A stretch of 63,854 nucleotides of DNA, counting the filler, from Octopus bimaculoides (taxonomy: Eukaryota), in the NCBI RefSeq assembly GCF_001194135.2. It is 5 parts of 5 records of this genome, joined end to end, with 100 filler letters (N's around TTAATTAATTAA, not from the genome) between each part and the next. Parts side by side here need not be neighbours in the genome. Positions count along the whole stretch, not along the records: positions 1 to 17,814 come from NC_068981.1; positions 17,915 to 38,839 come from NC_069000.1; 3 more parts are not named here. One strand, 5' to 3'. How positions within the stretch are numbered: position 1 is the stretch's first letter; each line of letters begins with the position of its first letter. The notes under the pieces are model-generated. The model searched no databases, had not been told where the DNA came from, and saw only the letters and a list, made by a program, of their open reading frames with translations. Both the position numbers and the translations under genes were made by a program. Shown in pieces: positions 12,382-25,446 of the stretch.

Positions 12382-12544
12382 AAGATAAAGAAATGGGATT
12401 GTCTATTTTTGAAATGATGCTGATAAGTTTAGTCTGATCGTTAATAAAGAGTTTTATGATATTTAATGTTACACAGGGCAGAGTCAGAGTGATTACTAAG
12501 TTGGTAGTGGCCTGGTTCTCTGTGGGTTATAAAGATGTGTGTTC

Positions 12545-12835
12545 TAGCTGATTCAATCAACAGAACAGCCAGCTTGTGAAATTAATGTGCAGTGGCTGAG
12601 CACTCCACAAATGTTTATCCATTTATCCTTTTCAGCCATACAACTGGTCATTTTGGAGCACAACGTGTACCCTTAATGCAGATCTCAGGGAAGTTCAGCA
12701 TGCCACAGAATGTGACAAGGCTGACCCTTTGAATTACAGATACAACTCATTTTTACCAGATGAGTGAACTGGAGCAACTCAAAATAAAGTGTCTTGCTCA
12801 AGGGCACAGCATACCTCTGGGAATCACACTTATGA
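12545..12835 (-). mobile_element. SINE family C, CpG-decayed, with an internal insertion of about 50 bp
   Basis: Reverse complement aligns to the 51118 copy. Confidence 0.8.
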
Positions 12836-12842
12836 CTTTATA

Positions 12843-12965
12843 TTTAATAAAAGATAATTTATATACCTAAATTTCAACATCATCTCCTTCAAAATAGTCA
12901 CCTTGTGCAACAAAAGACCAGTCCCTGCATTCCTGCCACTTTTGGAATCTGGCCTGGAATTCTCA
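12843..12965 (-). mobile_element. Mariner transposase 3' end fragment
   Basis: Reverse complement GCACAAGGTGACTATTTTGAAGGAGATGATGTT (QGDYFEGDDV) matches the end of the 30745-31090 element. Confidence 0.65.
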
Positions 12966-14254
12966 CCATGAAGCCACTCACCTTCACACTTGGAAGCAAT
13001 GTCAGTTATAAGTTAAAAATGTATTCAATGTCACATGATTTGTTTGCTTTTTTTCAATTGATTTGGTAATGGAAGGGTTTATGCTCTTGGTTCTTGCAAA
13101 TCCCCTAGCCAATGAAAGTGACACAATTAATGTTTCTCTTGAACTGTTGCAATTAGTAACTTCAGAAGGAACACAAAGCTGCAATTTCCAGATGAATGAC
13201 ATTCAGAGAAAACAGGACTGGTACAGTGGTTGAGAGGGCCACAGGTTAGCAGCAGTGATAGCGGAGGAGGAGAAGGAGGAGGACACAGTTTGGAGTAAAT
13301 GAGAGGAATTGAAGGGAATGAGTCAGAAACCACAAGGGACAGGAATGTTTGTGTTACTGAGACAATAAGTCTTTACAATTTTTCTCACTTTCTGTCCATT
13401 GTTACTTGTCTGATGTCATTTTCAGTGATATAGGACAAATATATCAATTCGATACTCTATATTCTTTACTGTTCTTATTTCATATAAAATGATTTAAAAA
13501 ATTATATTTTATTTCCTGTATCTGCTCTTAACCTAATTAAAAAACATAAAATATATTCTCTTTATAAACAGTCTTTTTTAGAAGTTTCATTTTCTCATTA
13601 GCACGATATTTTTCTTAAGATCATACAAGAATTTTTTTAAATGCAAATATGAAGTGTAGTTTTTTTTATTCCTATACAACGAAAACTATGAATAAAGATC
13701 ATCTACAGATAACAGTTACTAAAATTCAGCACGCAGAAACATGTGGAGATTCAGAAGTCCCTTATTGGCATTCCTCCATTTGACTGACATTGAAATATTT
13801 TCCTATATTACTGACATTATTATGTCAGTTAAGTCTATAACTTTTCAAGAATAGTCTCCCTTTCATCATGGTTCTCTTAAGAAAAATAATGTTGCTTTCT
13901 TACATGAAGCTAATTTTTGTAACAGGAGTTGTTGGTGGTGGTGTGAGAGAGGGATGCCCCCATCCCCCCGTATATTGTTGTTGTTTTTATTTAAGGTGGT
14001 GAGCTTGCAGAATCATTAGCATGCCAGGCAAAATGCTTAGCAGTATTTCAGCCATCTTTATGTTGAAGTAAAGAAAGAAGTAACAACTGTTAGTGATTCT
14101 CAGAAATGTAGAAATTCTAGAAATTAAGAACTAATTTATCAGAAGTTAATTTACATGCTTAGGGTGTGAAAAATTTGATCTTTGTTCACAGACAAGATGC
14201 AGTTATAGATGTTTTGGTCTATTACATTTAATCAATATTGCATAGAGTAAATAA

Positions 14255-14481
14255 GGTGACAAGCTAGCAGAATCTTTAGTTTGCTGGACAAAACACTTAG
14301 TGCCATTTCATTTGTCTTTATGTTCTGAGTTCAAATTCCAATGAGGTCAACTTTGCCTTTCATCCTTTTGGGGTTGATAAAATTGGGGCTGATAAAATAA
14401 GTAACACTTTAGCACCTGGGTTGATGTAATTGACTCATCTCCCCTCCTCTGAAATTGCTAGCCTTGTGCCCAAATTTGAAA

Positions 14482-14485
<4 letters not shown>
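14255..14485 (+). mobile_element. SINE family B, decayed (further 5' fragments at about 13995 and 14515)
   Basis: GTTCTGAGTTCAAATTCC..GAGGTCAACTTTGCCTTTCATCC. Confidence 0.8.
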
Positions 14486-14512
<27 letters not shown>

Positions 14513-15234
14513 GCTGGTAGAATTGTTAGCTCAATGGACAAAATGCTTAGTGGCATTTCATTCCTCTTTACATTTTGAGTTGTTGAGTTGAAGGTTAGGG
14601 GAGGACAAAAGCAGTAGTGATAGGGATAATATGCACTTGGAGAGCTACTACTTCTGTTAGTAAGGAAGGGCTTCTCCTTCAGAGTGAAAGGCATATTGTA
14701 TGATGCCTGTGTATGAACAGCTATGATACATGGCATTGAGACATAGGCTGTGACTACTGAGGATATATGAAGACTTGAAAGAAATGAAACCAGTATGCTT
14801 CACTGGATGGGTAATGTCAATGTGCATGTACAACAAAGTGTAAATGATTTGAAAGAAAAATTGGGTATAAGTACTGGATAAGAGGGAGTTTAGTGTATTT
14901 AGTTCTGCTCGTTTATGTCTCAGTTTCAAATTTTGTAGTGACTGACTTTCTTTTTCATCATGTTATATATTAATCCCATATCCATTTGTTACCTCTTAGT
15001 ATTATTGTTTCATATCCATTATATGCTATGCATTAACCCATATAGAGTACCTGTTATGTACTGGTTTCAGCTTTGTTGATTATTCCTCATCCCAAAATTT
15101 AGAGTGTAAAGTTACAAGGTGATAGACTGTGTTGTAGATAAAAAAAACCCAAAACATATAAAGAAATAAGTAACAATTGTTAGTGATTCTCAGAAATGTA
15201 GGGAAATAATTTCAAGAAATTAGGAATGATATGG

Positions 15235-15570
15235 TATATCTTCTGGCCTACAAGCGTGCTGCCTCATCTCTGCATTTTCTGTTACTACTATAATGGCCTC
15301 TTCTCTTTGGAGCTGGTTGGACTCATTCCACCTCCACTCAAACATTTGCATCACACTTTCCTCTCATCCTCTCAGCATCCTTGTTGTGTTTATTACCCAA
15401 GGCTTCACACTAATAGCTACACCCAGTCCTCTTTCTTGGAACCTTGGCTCTTTGAATACCCTCCTTTCTCATATATCTCATAGAAAGGTCCCAGAAGAAC
15501 AGTGATGATACCAATCTTACCATTCTAGGAGGACTGGCAAAGTTCATGTGTATCTAACTTTCTTCCAGAC
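15235..15570 (+). mobile_element. Degenerate CR1/L2/Jockey-group LINE 3' end
   Basis: Frameshifted reading LAYKRAA.SL....YYNG..SLEL..LIPPPL..H....HP..V..PR..TNSY.QS resembles the C-termini of these LINEs. Confidence 0.55.
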
Positions 15571-15829
15571 CTGGCAAATAAAACTCTCTCTCTCTCTCTC
15601 TCACACACACACAGTGGGCTCATGCACAGTACCTGTCTACCGAATTCCACTCACAAGGTATTGTTCAACCTAAAGCAAAGGTAGAAGACACTTACCCAGC
15701 ATCATATACAAGGATTAGAATTCCATGGGGGAAACACAACTTCTTTACTTCACAGCCATACGTGTATCTATGATGAATAATTATATTTAGGAAGATGATG
15801 GTGATGAAAAATAAAAACGTGGGAACTAA

Positions 15830-16310
15830 TCTGAATTAGGTTACATTAGTTGGAGCAATACTTTTTCATTCCCATTCTTAAGTGGAAGATCACTGATATT
15901 GTAACTGTCTTGAAATGCCACATTTTTTTATACTAGTGAGCAAATCTTTATATTTTCTAAGCTTGTCAAATTCTTTTGCCACAGTATTATGATCACAAGG
16001 AATACCCGTGTCAATCAGTAAACAAATTTTATTGTTTTGGGCTTTCATAACAATATCTGGTTTAACTTTGGTCTGTATCTAACAGAAAGTCCCAAAGAAT
16101 TGTTACATTTTCTCACTCAGTTACAGTCTCAGGGAGGTGATTATACCATTTGTTGGCAGTTTTGATTTTATAATGCTGACATATTAATCATTGTAGATAT
16201 TGGTCAACTCTGTTATGTCTTGATTTATACTCCACTGGTGCTAAAACTTTCCATCCAGAGATTTGGTGGTCCACTGTCGCAAAATGCATGTTACAACATT
16301 AGATTGTATT
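15830..16310 (-). mobile_element. R4/Dong-type (RLE) LINE fragment
   Basis: Minus strand: KWYNHLPETV..ENVTILWDF..KPDIVMK..KICLLID.GIPCD....KEFDKL.KYKDL..MWH.KTV; PD-(D/E)xK-type endonuclease region. Confidence 0.8.
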
Positions 16311-16454
16311 ATTATGTGGAGAAAACAAGCTTAGCTGTTGTTTAATAAAATAAGTTTGTTGAAATTAGCATCACTAAAACAAATTGCAAACTATATACAG
16401 GGTCTGCCAAACTAATGTATACACACTTCAGGAAAGGAAAAATCTGTATAAATT

Positions 16455-16785
16455 CTTTTATTTGTTTCAGTCATTTAACTGCAGCCATGCTGGAGCACCA
16501 CCTTCAGTTGAACAAATCGACCCTAGGACTTATTCTTTGTAAGCCTAGTACTTATTCTATCGGTTCCTTTTGCTGAACCACTAAGTTACGGAGACGTAAA
16601 CACACACAAACACACACACATATATATGACAGGCTTCTTTCAGTCTCCGTCTACCAAATCCACTCACAAGGCTTTGGTCGGCCCAAGGCTATAGTAGAAG
16701 ACACTTGCACAAGGTACCACGCAGAGGGACTGAACTTGGAACCATGTGGTTGGTAAGCAAGCTACTTACCACGCAGTCTCTCCTA
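16455..16785 (-). mobile_element. SINE family A
   Basis: Full alignment to the family A reverse complement. Confidence 0.85.
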
Positions 16786-17584
16786 ACTTGTATACGTACC
16801 TCTATAAATATAGATACCTCTTTCAATGTTTTTTTGCCGTTGCGATAAAACTGAACAAATTTCAGTAACACAATAAAAATATTTATAGATTTTTCCTTTC
16901 CTGAAGTGATCGCTTTCAAGGGCAGCAACTCTGCTACTTTTGCAAACAAGATTAGTCTCCCTTACATTCGTAATTTCTTCTGAGAATTGCTTGGCTTACT
17001 CGTAATGTCAGAAGTCACCTTTCCTCACTACACTCAAATTTATCTTCTTTTACAAATTTTATTATTAATTGATCCATTCGGTGTATTCAGCCTCTATAGT
17101 TTTTTTTTTAACATTTTTCTTTATTAGAATGATTAAAAAGAACGATAATGGCTTTCTTTTCACAAAGACAATATTCATATAGTAATAGGATACTGAAAAA
17201 CGTTGGAGACCAGTAATCATCCTTTTTGTTATGAGGGTTTTAACATTTTTAATCTACTGCAATTAATTGTTTTACTAATTTATTTATTTTCTCTCAACTT
17301 GTCATATATTAATTACTCTGAAAGACCAGAAGAGTTTTAGACTGGTAAAATTTGTGATTGTCTTGGAGTATTTAGTTAATGACTTTTGTTATTTCATTGC
17401 AACAGTTGACTTTCATTTTCATTAATATATGAAGAAAAACAGAAAGCTTATATTGTTATGCTTGGGGATGGTGAAATTTTACCGATTAAACACACACACG
17501 CTATATATTTCGTCTCCACTTCAGCCTTATTACTATTATTTTAGTTTCTCTGTCAAAAAAAGAAAATAAACTAAACAATAACTC

Positions 17585-17814
17585 ATCATCATCATCATCA
17601 TCATCATCGTTTAACGTCCGCTTTCCATGCTAGCATGGGTTGGACGATTTGACTGAGGACTGGTGAAACCGGATGGCAACACCAGGCTCCAGTCTGATTT
17701 GGCAGAGTTTCTACAGCTGGATGCCCTTCCTAACGCCAACCACTCAGAGAGTGTAGTGGGTGCTTTTACGTGTCACCCGCACGAAAACGGCCACGCTCGA
17801 AATGGTGTCTTTTA
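17585..17814 (-). mobile_element. RTE LINE 3' UTR/tail, cut by a gap
   Basis: Appears identical over about 215 nt to 26121-26338; (GAT)n tail. Confidence 0.8.
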
Positions 17815-17858
17815 NNNNNNNNNNNNNNNNNNNNNNNNNNNNNNNNNNNNNNNNNNNN

Positions 17859-17870
17859 TTAATTAATTAA
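17859..17870. other. Artificial scaffold linker TTAATTAATTAA inside an N-gap (also 38884-38895, 45340-45351, 60112-60123)
   Basis: The identical 12-mer gives stops in all six frames and is centred in gaps of about 100 bp, four times. Confidence 0.9.
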
Positions 17871-18310
17871 NNNNNNNNNNNNNNNNNNNNNNNNNNNNNN
17901 NNNNNNNNNNNNNNTATATATATATATATATATATATGAATATATATGAATATATATGTATATATATATATATTTATGCATATATATATGTTATACGTTT
18001 CTAAATACACACACACACACACACAGAAAGATATATATGTGAAGGAAAGATAGTATGTTTGCTTGTGTATGTGTATGTCTGTGTGTGTGTGTGTGTGCTT
18101 TTGTGTGTGCGTGTGTATGAGCTTATGCATGTTTGAGTGCATAATTGATTTTTTTCCACTCGTATGAGTTCACAGTTCACTAGTGTGTTCGTGGGGATGT
18201 GACATGCTCCATTGAGTCCAGCTGTTTGGTGAATCCTTCATCCAGACAAGGTTATATTACAACACCTTATGACACAACCACAATCCCTGCCACACCACTT
18301 CCACTTCCCC

Positions 18311-18346
<36 letters not shown>

Positions 18347-18529
18347 CTGTACCCTGTCGACCTTTTCATTGATATATGAACGTCTAACCACTGTTTAGTT
18401 TTATGTTTATTGGCTTCATGAAAGTATTGAGAAGACATAATAATATCCTAACCACAATAATATCATGATAAAAATATTATATAACACTCACTTCAGGTGG
18501 GTTCATAGTAACAGATGTGACATACCAGT

Positions 18530-18850
18530 AGGTTTTAGCAAGCAGCTGTGCCAGTACCATGTAAAAGGCACCATGCTGGTGCCATGTAAACAACACTTGT
18601 ACCAAGCCATCTAAAAAAACACCTATACTGGGCCAAGCAAAATACACCTGTACCAGAGACATGTAAAATGTACCTGTGCTAGTGTTGCAAAAACAGGCAC
18701 CCAGTACACTCTGTTGGAAGGTTATCCAGCCATAGAAACCAAGTCAAATCAGACTGGAACCTGGTGCAGCTCTCCAGATTGCTACCTCTGGTCAAACCAT
18801 CCAACTCAATGATGATGATGATGATGATGATGACGATGATGATAATGATA
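18530..18850 (+). mobile_element. SINE-D / RTE-tail repeat, decayed
   Basis: GGTGCCATGTAAA repeats, GGTCAAACCATCCAAC and a (GAT)n tail. Confidence 0.65.
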
Positions 18851-19316
18851 GTGTTCTTTACCTTGTTGTATGACACAAGGCTCAGGTACCTGGTTTAAGA
18901 CCCTCCACAGATTTCTCAAATAGTACAGGTGCCTTCAAAAAATAGATGAGACCTACAGCAGTGCTTTTCAAACTGACAAATATTGGGCCATTTCAAACGT
19001 ATTAAGGATGGGTTTTTTTTCCCACTCTTTTTACTTATGAGAAAACAAAGTTAAGTTTGCATTCACATAATTCATCTTTACTCACCTTTGTGTTGGACAA
19101 GTTTAAAATTTAAAAAAATTTTAAAGCCATCATAATTTCATTAAACGGGGCAATTTTCCTTTGACAGTGAAAAATCCAAAGTTTCAGACAGAATTCTTTT
19201 TCAGGGAAAAAAACCAACAGAAAAGTTGCAAAGTTTTATATCCTCTAAGTTTGAAAACTCTGTGACAACCAGTTTATCTAACTTAGATGTAAAACATTGC
19301 TCTGTCTGTCTGTCTG

Positions 19317-19393
<77 letters not shown>

Positions 19394-19548
19394 CTATCTG
19401 GCTCTGTCTCTGTTTCTCTGTCTCTTCTCTCTGTCTCTGTCTGGCTTTGTCTCTGTCTCTGTTCCTGTCTTAGTCTATCTGTGTATGTTTGTTTGTCTGT
19501 CTGTCTGTCTATCTGTCTGTCTGTCTGTCTCTGTCTGTCTGTCTCTGC

Positions 19549-19601
<53 letters not shown>

Positions 19602-19609
19602 TCTCTCCT

Positions 19610-20352
19610 CTAAATGCTTAGCGGTATTTTGGCTGTCACTACATTCTGAGTTCAAATTCCGCCTTTCATGCTTTTGGGGTCAATAAATTAAGTACCAGTT
19701 GTGTACTGGGGTCAATCTAATCAACTGGCCCCTTTTCAGGTTTCAAATTTTGGCGCAAGGCCAGCACTTTGGGGGAGGAGTAAGTTGACTACATTGATCC
19801 CAATGATCAACTGGTACTTATTTTATTGACCCCAAAGGGATGAAAAGTAAAGTTGATCTTGGCAGAATTTGAACTTAGATGGACGAAATACTGTTAAGCA
19901 TAAATACTGTTAAGCTTATGTTAGGCATAAGGTCCGAAATTTTGGGGGAGGGGGCCAGACGATTAGATGGACACCAGTGCACAACTGGTACTTAATTTAT
20001 CAACCACAAAAAGATGAAAGTCAAAGTCGACCTCAGCGGAATTTGAACTCAAAATGTAAAGACAGACGAAAGCATTTTGCCCGGCATGCTAACGTTTCTG
20101 CCAGCTCGCTGCCTTTCATTCATAATAATAATAATCCTTTCTTCTATAAGCACAAGGCCTGAAATTTTGGGGGAGGGGACAAGTCGATTACATTGATGCC
20201 AGTGTTTCATTGGTATTTAATTTAACAATCCTGAAAGGATGAAAAGTAAAGTTGACTTTGGCGGAATTTGAACTCAGAACATATCAACAGGCAAAATACA
20301 GCTAAGCATTTCATCTGGAGTGCTAACGATTCTGCCAGCTTGCCACCTTTCA
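19610..20352. mobile_element. Cluster of four SINE-B copies: + 19610-19735; - 19740-19900, 19925-20115, 20130-20352
   Basis: Repeated AAGTACCAGTT / AACTGGTACTT core and GGAATTTGAACT head. Confidence 0.8.
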
Positions 20353-20982
20353 TTTATAATAATAATGATAATAATAATAATTATTATTAACAAAGGAGTT
20401 AGAAAAATATTTGGGGTGGATGACAGAAAAATAAATAACAATAATTGTGAAGGCAAATATAAGGATGAAAATAAGAATAGAAATAAAAATAAAGTATTTT
20501 TGAATCATTTTTATTTTTTGTTTCATTATTTCCACATTTATTTATATCTTGCTTTATTTTATCTTTATTTGCATTTCATACATTTTTATTCTAATTCCCA
20601 TTTTCATATTTACTTTTACCATCATTGCTTTCAATGTTCCCCAATCTGCTCCTATCACAAACCCCCATCACCTAATCTTCACAATATGTTCCCAATCTTT
20701 TCTTAATTAGTATAATAAGGATTATAATGATGATGATAATTTTATGATAATAATTATTACATCTTCAATATTTTTTTAATTTCTTAATTACATAATTCTT
20801 TAATTCTTAATCATTAATTCAAATTTTGCAATGTTAATTATTATGTTAGCTTTATCACCAAAAGTTAAAATTTTCAAACTTGCACAATATGAATAGACAA
20901 TTGTAGATGGACAGAGATATGCCTTATAGATAGATAGATAGATAGATAGATATGTAGCCATAGAAATACACAGAGAAGTCAA

Positions 20983-21144
20983 TAGGCTGTGTGGTAAGAA
21001 GCTTGCTTCCCAACCACATGGTTCTGGGTTCAGTCCTACTGTGTGGCACCTTGGGCAAATGTCTTCTACTATAGCCCCAGGCCAACCAAAGACTTGTGTG
21101 TGGATTTGGTAGATGGAAACTGAAAGAAGCCCATTGTATATACA

Positions 21145-21192
<48 letters not shown>

Positions 21193-21312
21193 TAATCATA
21201 AGACTTTGGTTGGCTATAACAGAAGACACTCACCCAAGGTGCCACAGAGTGGGACTGAACCCAGAACCATGGGGCTGAGAAGCAAGCTCCTTACCACAGC
21301 CATGCCTGCACC
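20983..21312. mobile_element. Inverted pair of SINE-A 5' halves (+ 20983-21165; - 21205-21312) around (GT)n
   Basis: GGGTTCAGTCCTAC..GGCACCTTGGG versus CCCAAGGTGCC..GGGACTGAACCC. Confidence 0.8.
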
Positions 21313-21417
21313 TAAAAGTGGTCAGCCAACCACTACAGAAAATCGATTTTATGTAGAATTCCATTAAAAATTATGAAGAAAACCACAGCAATGAAGAAAC
21401 AAAAAAAATCAATGTAA

Positions 21418-21800
21418 GTGTGGCTGTGTGTTAAGAAGCTTGTTTCACAACCACATGGTTCTGGGCAAGTGCCTTCTACTATAACCTCAAGCCAACCAAA
21501 TTCTTGTGAGTGGATTTAGTAGACAGAAACTGAAAGAGGCCTATCAGTTGTGTGTGTGTTGGTGCTTGCATCTATGTTTGTGTCTCACAACCACTTGATA
21601 ATCAGTACAGGTGTGTTTATGTCCCTGTAACTTAGCAGTTCATCAAAAGATCTGATAGAATAAGCACCAGGCTAAAACAACAAAAAGAAATAAGTTCTGA
21701 GTTTAATTCATTTCACAAAAAAAAAACAACTCTCCAAGGCAGTGCTCCAGCATGGCTGCAGTCTAATGGCTGAAACAAGTTGAAGATAAAGATAAAAGAT
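21418..21800 (+). mobile_element. SINE family A, CpG-decayed
   Basis: GTGGCTGTGTGTTAAGAAGC head; GGCTGAAACAAGT tail. Confidence 0.85.
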
Positions 21801-22937
21801 ATAGATACACAGCATGTAGCATAAATTATGAAATTTACAAAATCTTAACTGTTGCTTAATTTTTAAATCTGGCACTGATGATTTTTTCAGTTATAACTGT
21901 ATCCACATGATCCTTTGCAACCAAAAGCAAAGTGAACAAACAACACCATTATTGCCATTGATTAATTTTTATGATGAAACCAGACAGTTGTTATAACCTC
22001 TAACTTAACTCACCTCTCTCTCTCTCTTATAAGATGTTTTTGGCTAATTTCTTAAAAATCGGCATTTTTTTTGTATTTGCTGCCGATTAGGTATTCCTCA
22101 CATGCGCGGTAATATTTGAAAAATTAGATATATATGCACAAGTCATGTTCTCTATGGAGTGCCTCGTGCATATATGCCGATCTAGGCTATTTCGCTGATG
22201 ATAGTTTCCTTGCAAAATAAATAGTTTGTTTTGCTAAAATAACTTGAAACCTGGTTCGAAATATAGATGGTAAATGTTTTTATTTTTCATTCCTTTTCGA
22301 AATTATCCCTAATTTTGTGGTGTAGAGCTTTGGCTGCTCTTTCTAGCGGGTCAGATGTCCTTTTATGGGCATCTCTAATGTGTATTAAATGTACACTGTN
22401 NNNNNNNNNNNNNNNNNNNNNNNNNNNNNNNNNNNNNNNNNNNNNNNNNNNNNNNNNNNNNNNNNNNNNNNNNNNNNNNNNNNNNNNNNNNNNNNNNNNN
22501 NNNNNNNNNNNNNNNNNNNNNNNNNNNNNNNNNNNNNNNNNNNNNNNNNNNNNNNNNNNNNNNNNNNNNNNNNNNNNNNNNNNNNNNNNNNNNNNNNNNN
22601 NNNNNNNNNNNNNNNNNNNNNNNNNNNNNNNNNNNNNNNNNNNNNNNNNNNNNNNNNNNNNNNNNNNNNNNNNNNNNNNNNNNNNNNNNNNNNNNNNNNN
22701 NNNNNNNNNNNNNNNNNNNNNNNNNNNNNNNNNNNNNNNNNNNNNNNNNNNNNNNNNNNNNNNNNNNNNNNNNNNNNNNNNNNNNNNNNNNNNNNNNNNN
22801 NNNNNNNNNNNNNNNNNNNNNNNNNNNNNNNNNNNNNNNNNNNNNNNNNNNNNNNNNNNNNNNNNNNNNNNNNNNNNNNNNNNNNNNNNNNNNNNNNNNN
22901 NNNGTCATAGCTTACTGAGTGCCACAATATATATGTA

Positions 22938-22980
<43 letters not shown>

Positions 22981-23232
22981 GTGTGTGTGTGCGTGTGTGT
23001 GTGTGTGCGTGTGTGTGTGCGTGCATACACATGGGAACACACATAAATATGCAAACATACATCTCATATGTTTGTGTGCATGTGTATGTGTGTGTGTGTG
23101 AGAGAGAGGGAATGTGTGTGTGTGTGTGTGGGAGGAAGAGAGAGAGAAAGTGTGTGGGCATGTGTGTATTCAAATAAGAAAATTATGCTGTGCTTACATA
23201 TATGTATATACTGTGTCAACTGTCATAGCATG

Positions 23233-23303
<71 letters not shown>

Positions 23304-23559
23304 TGATGATGATGATATATATATTTCTCTTATCATTTCTATGACAGATGACACTATATATGTATGTACAGCGTAATTTTCCTGTTTGTATATAAACACA
23401 TATGCATATACCATATATATTTCACATATAACATATACACACACATACATACACACACACACACACACACCTTCATTCCAATACAGACAAAACATAGAGT
23501 AACAAGGAAAATGAAAGATAACAAATTGAAAAAGAATGATGGTTGAAAACATTATTAGT

Positions 23560-23613
23560 GTCTTCCATCATTTTCAGCAGCAGCAGCAGTAGCAGCAGCA
23601 GCAGCAATGTTCT

Positions 23614-23644
<31 letters not shown>

Positions 23645-23775
23645 ATCATCATCATCAACATCATCATCAAAATCATCATCGTCATCGTCATCGTTGTCGT
23701 CATCCTTGTTGTCATTATCATTGCTATCATTCCATACTTATCATCCGTGCCATCATCATCTTCATAATTTCATTG

Positions 23776-23816
<41 letters not shown>

Positions 23817-23872
23817 GTCGTTGTCATCAACATCATCATCATCATCATCGTCATCGTCATCATCATCATCAG

Positions 23873-23903
<31 letters not shown>

Positions 23904-24350
23904 GTCGTTGTCATCAACATCATCATCAACATCATCATCGTCATCGTCATCGTCGTCGTCATCATCATCATCATCATCATCATCATCAGTGCCATCATTA
24001 TCTTCACCCTCACTATCACATTATCATCATGAATAAAAACGAGAACATAATATAATAGCAGTGGTGGTGGTGGTGATGGTGGAAGATGTGGCAGCGGCGG
24101 TGCACATGGTGGTGCACATGGTGGTGCACATGGCAGTGTGTGTGGTGGTAGTGGAAAATGTGACAGCGGCAATGGAGGTGGTGGCGGCAGTGGCAGTGGT
24201 GGCAGCAATGGTGGTGGAGTTTGTGCCGGCAATGACGATGGTGGAGGTGGTGGTTGTGGTGGTGGTGGTGGCTGCAGTGTCAGTGAATACGGAAGTGTCA
24301 GAGGATGTGGTGAACGCATCAGCATTGTTGTTGTTGTTGTTGCTATTGTT
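23560..24350. repeat. Compound trinucleotide microsatellite (CAG/TCC/CAT/GTG/TTG)
   Basis: Direct reading. Source of the poly-S/I/M/V/P ORFs. Confidence 0.95.
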
Positions 24351-24357
24351 TTTGTTA

Positions 24358-24755
24358 TTTGTTGGCAAATATATTTTACAATTCTATACTGTTACTGTTT
24401 ACCTCTCTCTCAGAGGTTTAATATAGCTTATTTCTCTGGTAAAAGCATATAGTGTTTTCCAGAGTGGAATGAGTTTTCATGACTAGCTGGTGATTATCAC
24501 ACACTGAAGACGAGTACATACCCAGAAACCCAGGTCTGTGTGTATCACACAAAGCTAGAGATGTGAGTGATGATCTCCCTCACAAATACTAAATGGACAA
24601 AAACAATTTGTCGTTATCCAGCTGGAGGAGATGTCTTCCTGGGGCTAAAAGCAACAGTAACATCATCCTCTATGGGACTGCTGCATTTAGATGGCAAATA
24701 TATTTCACAATTCCGTACTGTTACTGTTTACCTCTCACTCAGAGATTTAATATAG
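24358..24755 (-). mobile_element. Degenerate RTE LINE fragments with a locally duplicated segment
   Basis: Segment AAATATATTT.ACAATT..TACTGTTACTGTTTACCTCTC.CTCAGAG.TTTAATA occurs at about 24367, 24697 and 26000. Minus reading resembles the RTE VW.RK.I.L.TK region. Confidence 0.55.
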
Positions 24756-25446
24756 TATATATATATATATATATGTATATATACGCAAACATTATAAACA
24801 ATACAGATCACTACGACCATCAACAGGTCAATGCCAGGACACCCAACCATTTAACACGCTGCTACTATCATAGCACTCCTTCTTCGAACCCACAAGAGTT
24901 AACAAGTGAAACAGAGACAGGCAGAAACAAGAAAAATGCCCCTGTTACTTGAATACTATACAAATATGTCTTTAAAAAGACTTTTCTTTTAAATTTACCA
25001 AAATTTAATTTTTCAATAATTTTTCAAAACTTTATTATTCATATTTACTGTTGAAAAGATCTCAAGGATCGAAACCAGTTCTGTAATGTTATTTATAAAA
25101 GTATTTTAGCAGTTTCTACTTTGTCTTTTTTTCGTATATATATATATATATCTATATATATATATATGANNNNNNNNNNNNNNNNNNNNNNNNNNNNNNN
25201 NNNNNNNNNNNNNNNNNNNNNNNNNNNNNNNNNNNNNNNNNNNNNNNNNNNNNNNNNNNNNNNNNNNNNNNNNNNNNNNNNNNNNNNNNNNNNNNNNNNN
25301 NNNNNNNNNNNNNNNNNNNNNNNNNNNNNNNNNNNNNNNNNNNNNNNNNNNNNNNNNNNNNNNNNNNNNNNNNNNNNNNNNNNNNNNNNNNNNNNNNNNN
25401 NNNNNNNNNNNNNNNNNNNNNNNNNNNNNNNNNNNNNNNNNNNNNN

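Noticed and set aside
13050-13250. About 60 open codons on both strands (…MEGFMLLVLANPLANESDT…)
   Set aside because: No recognisable domain and no good splice sites; within chance expectation.
17859-17870. Recurring palindrome TTAATTAATTAA as a regulatory or recombination site
   Set aside because: Always centred in gaps of about 100 N, so it is an artificial six-frame-stop linker.
23762-24452. Pro-rich, Gly-rich and poly-Met/Ser ORFs
   Set aside because: Compound trinucleotide repeats open in several frames on both strands; no splice or homology support.
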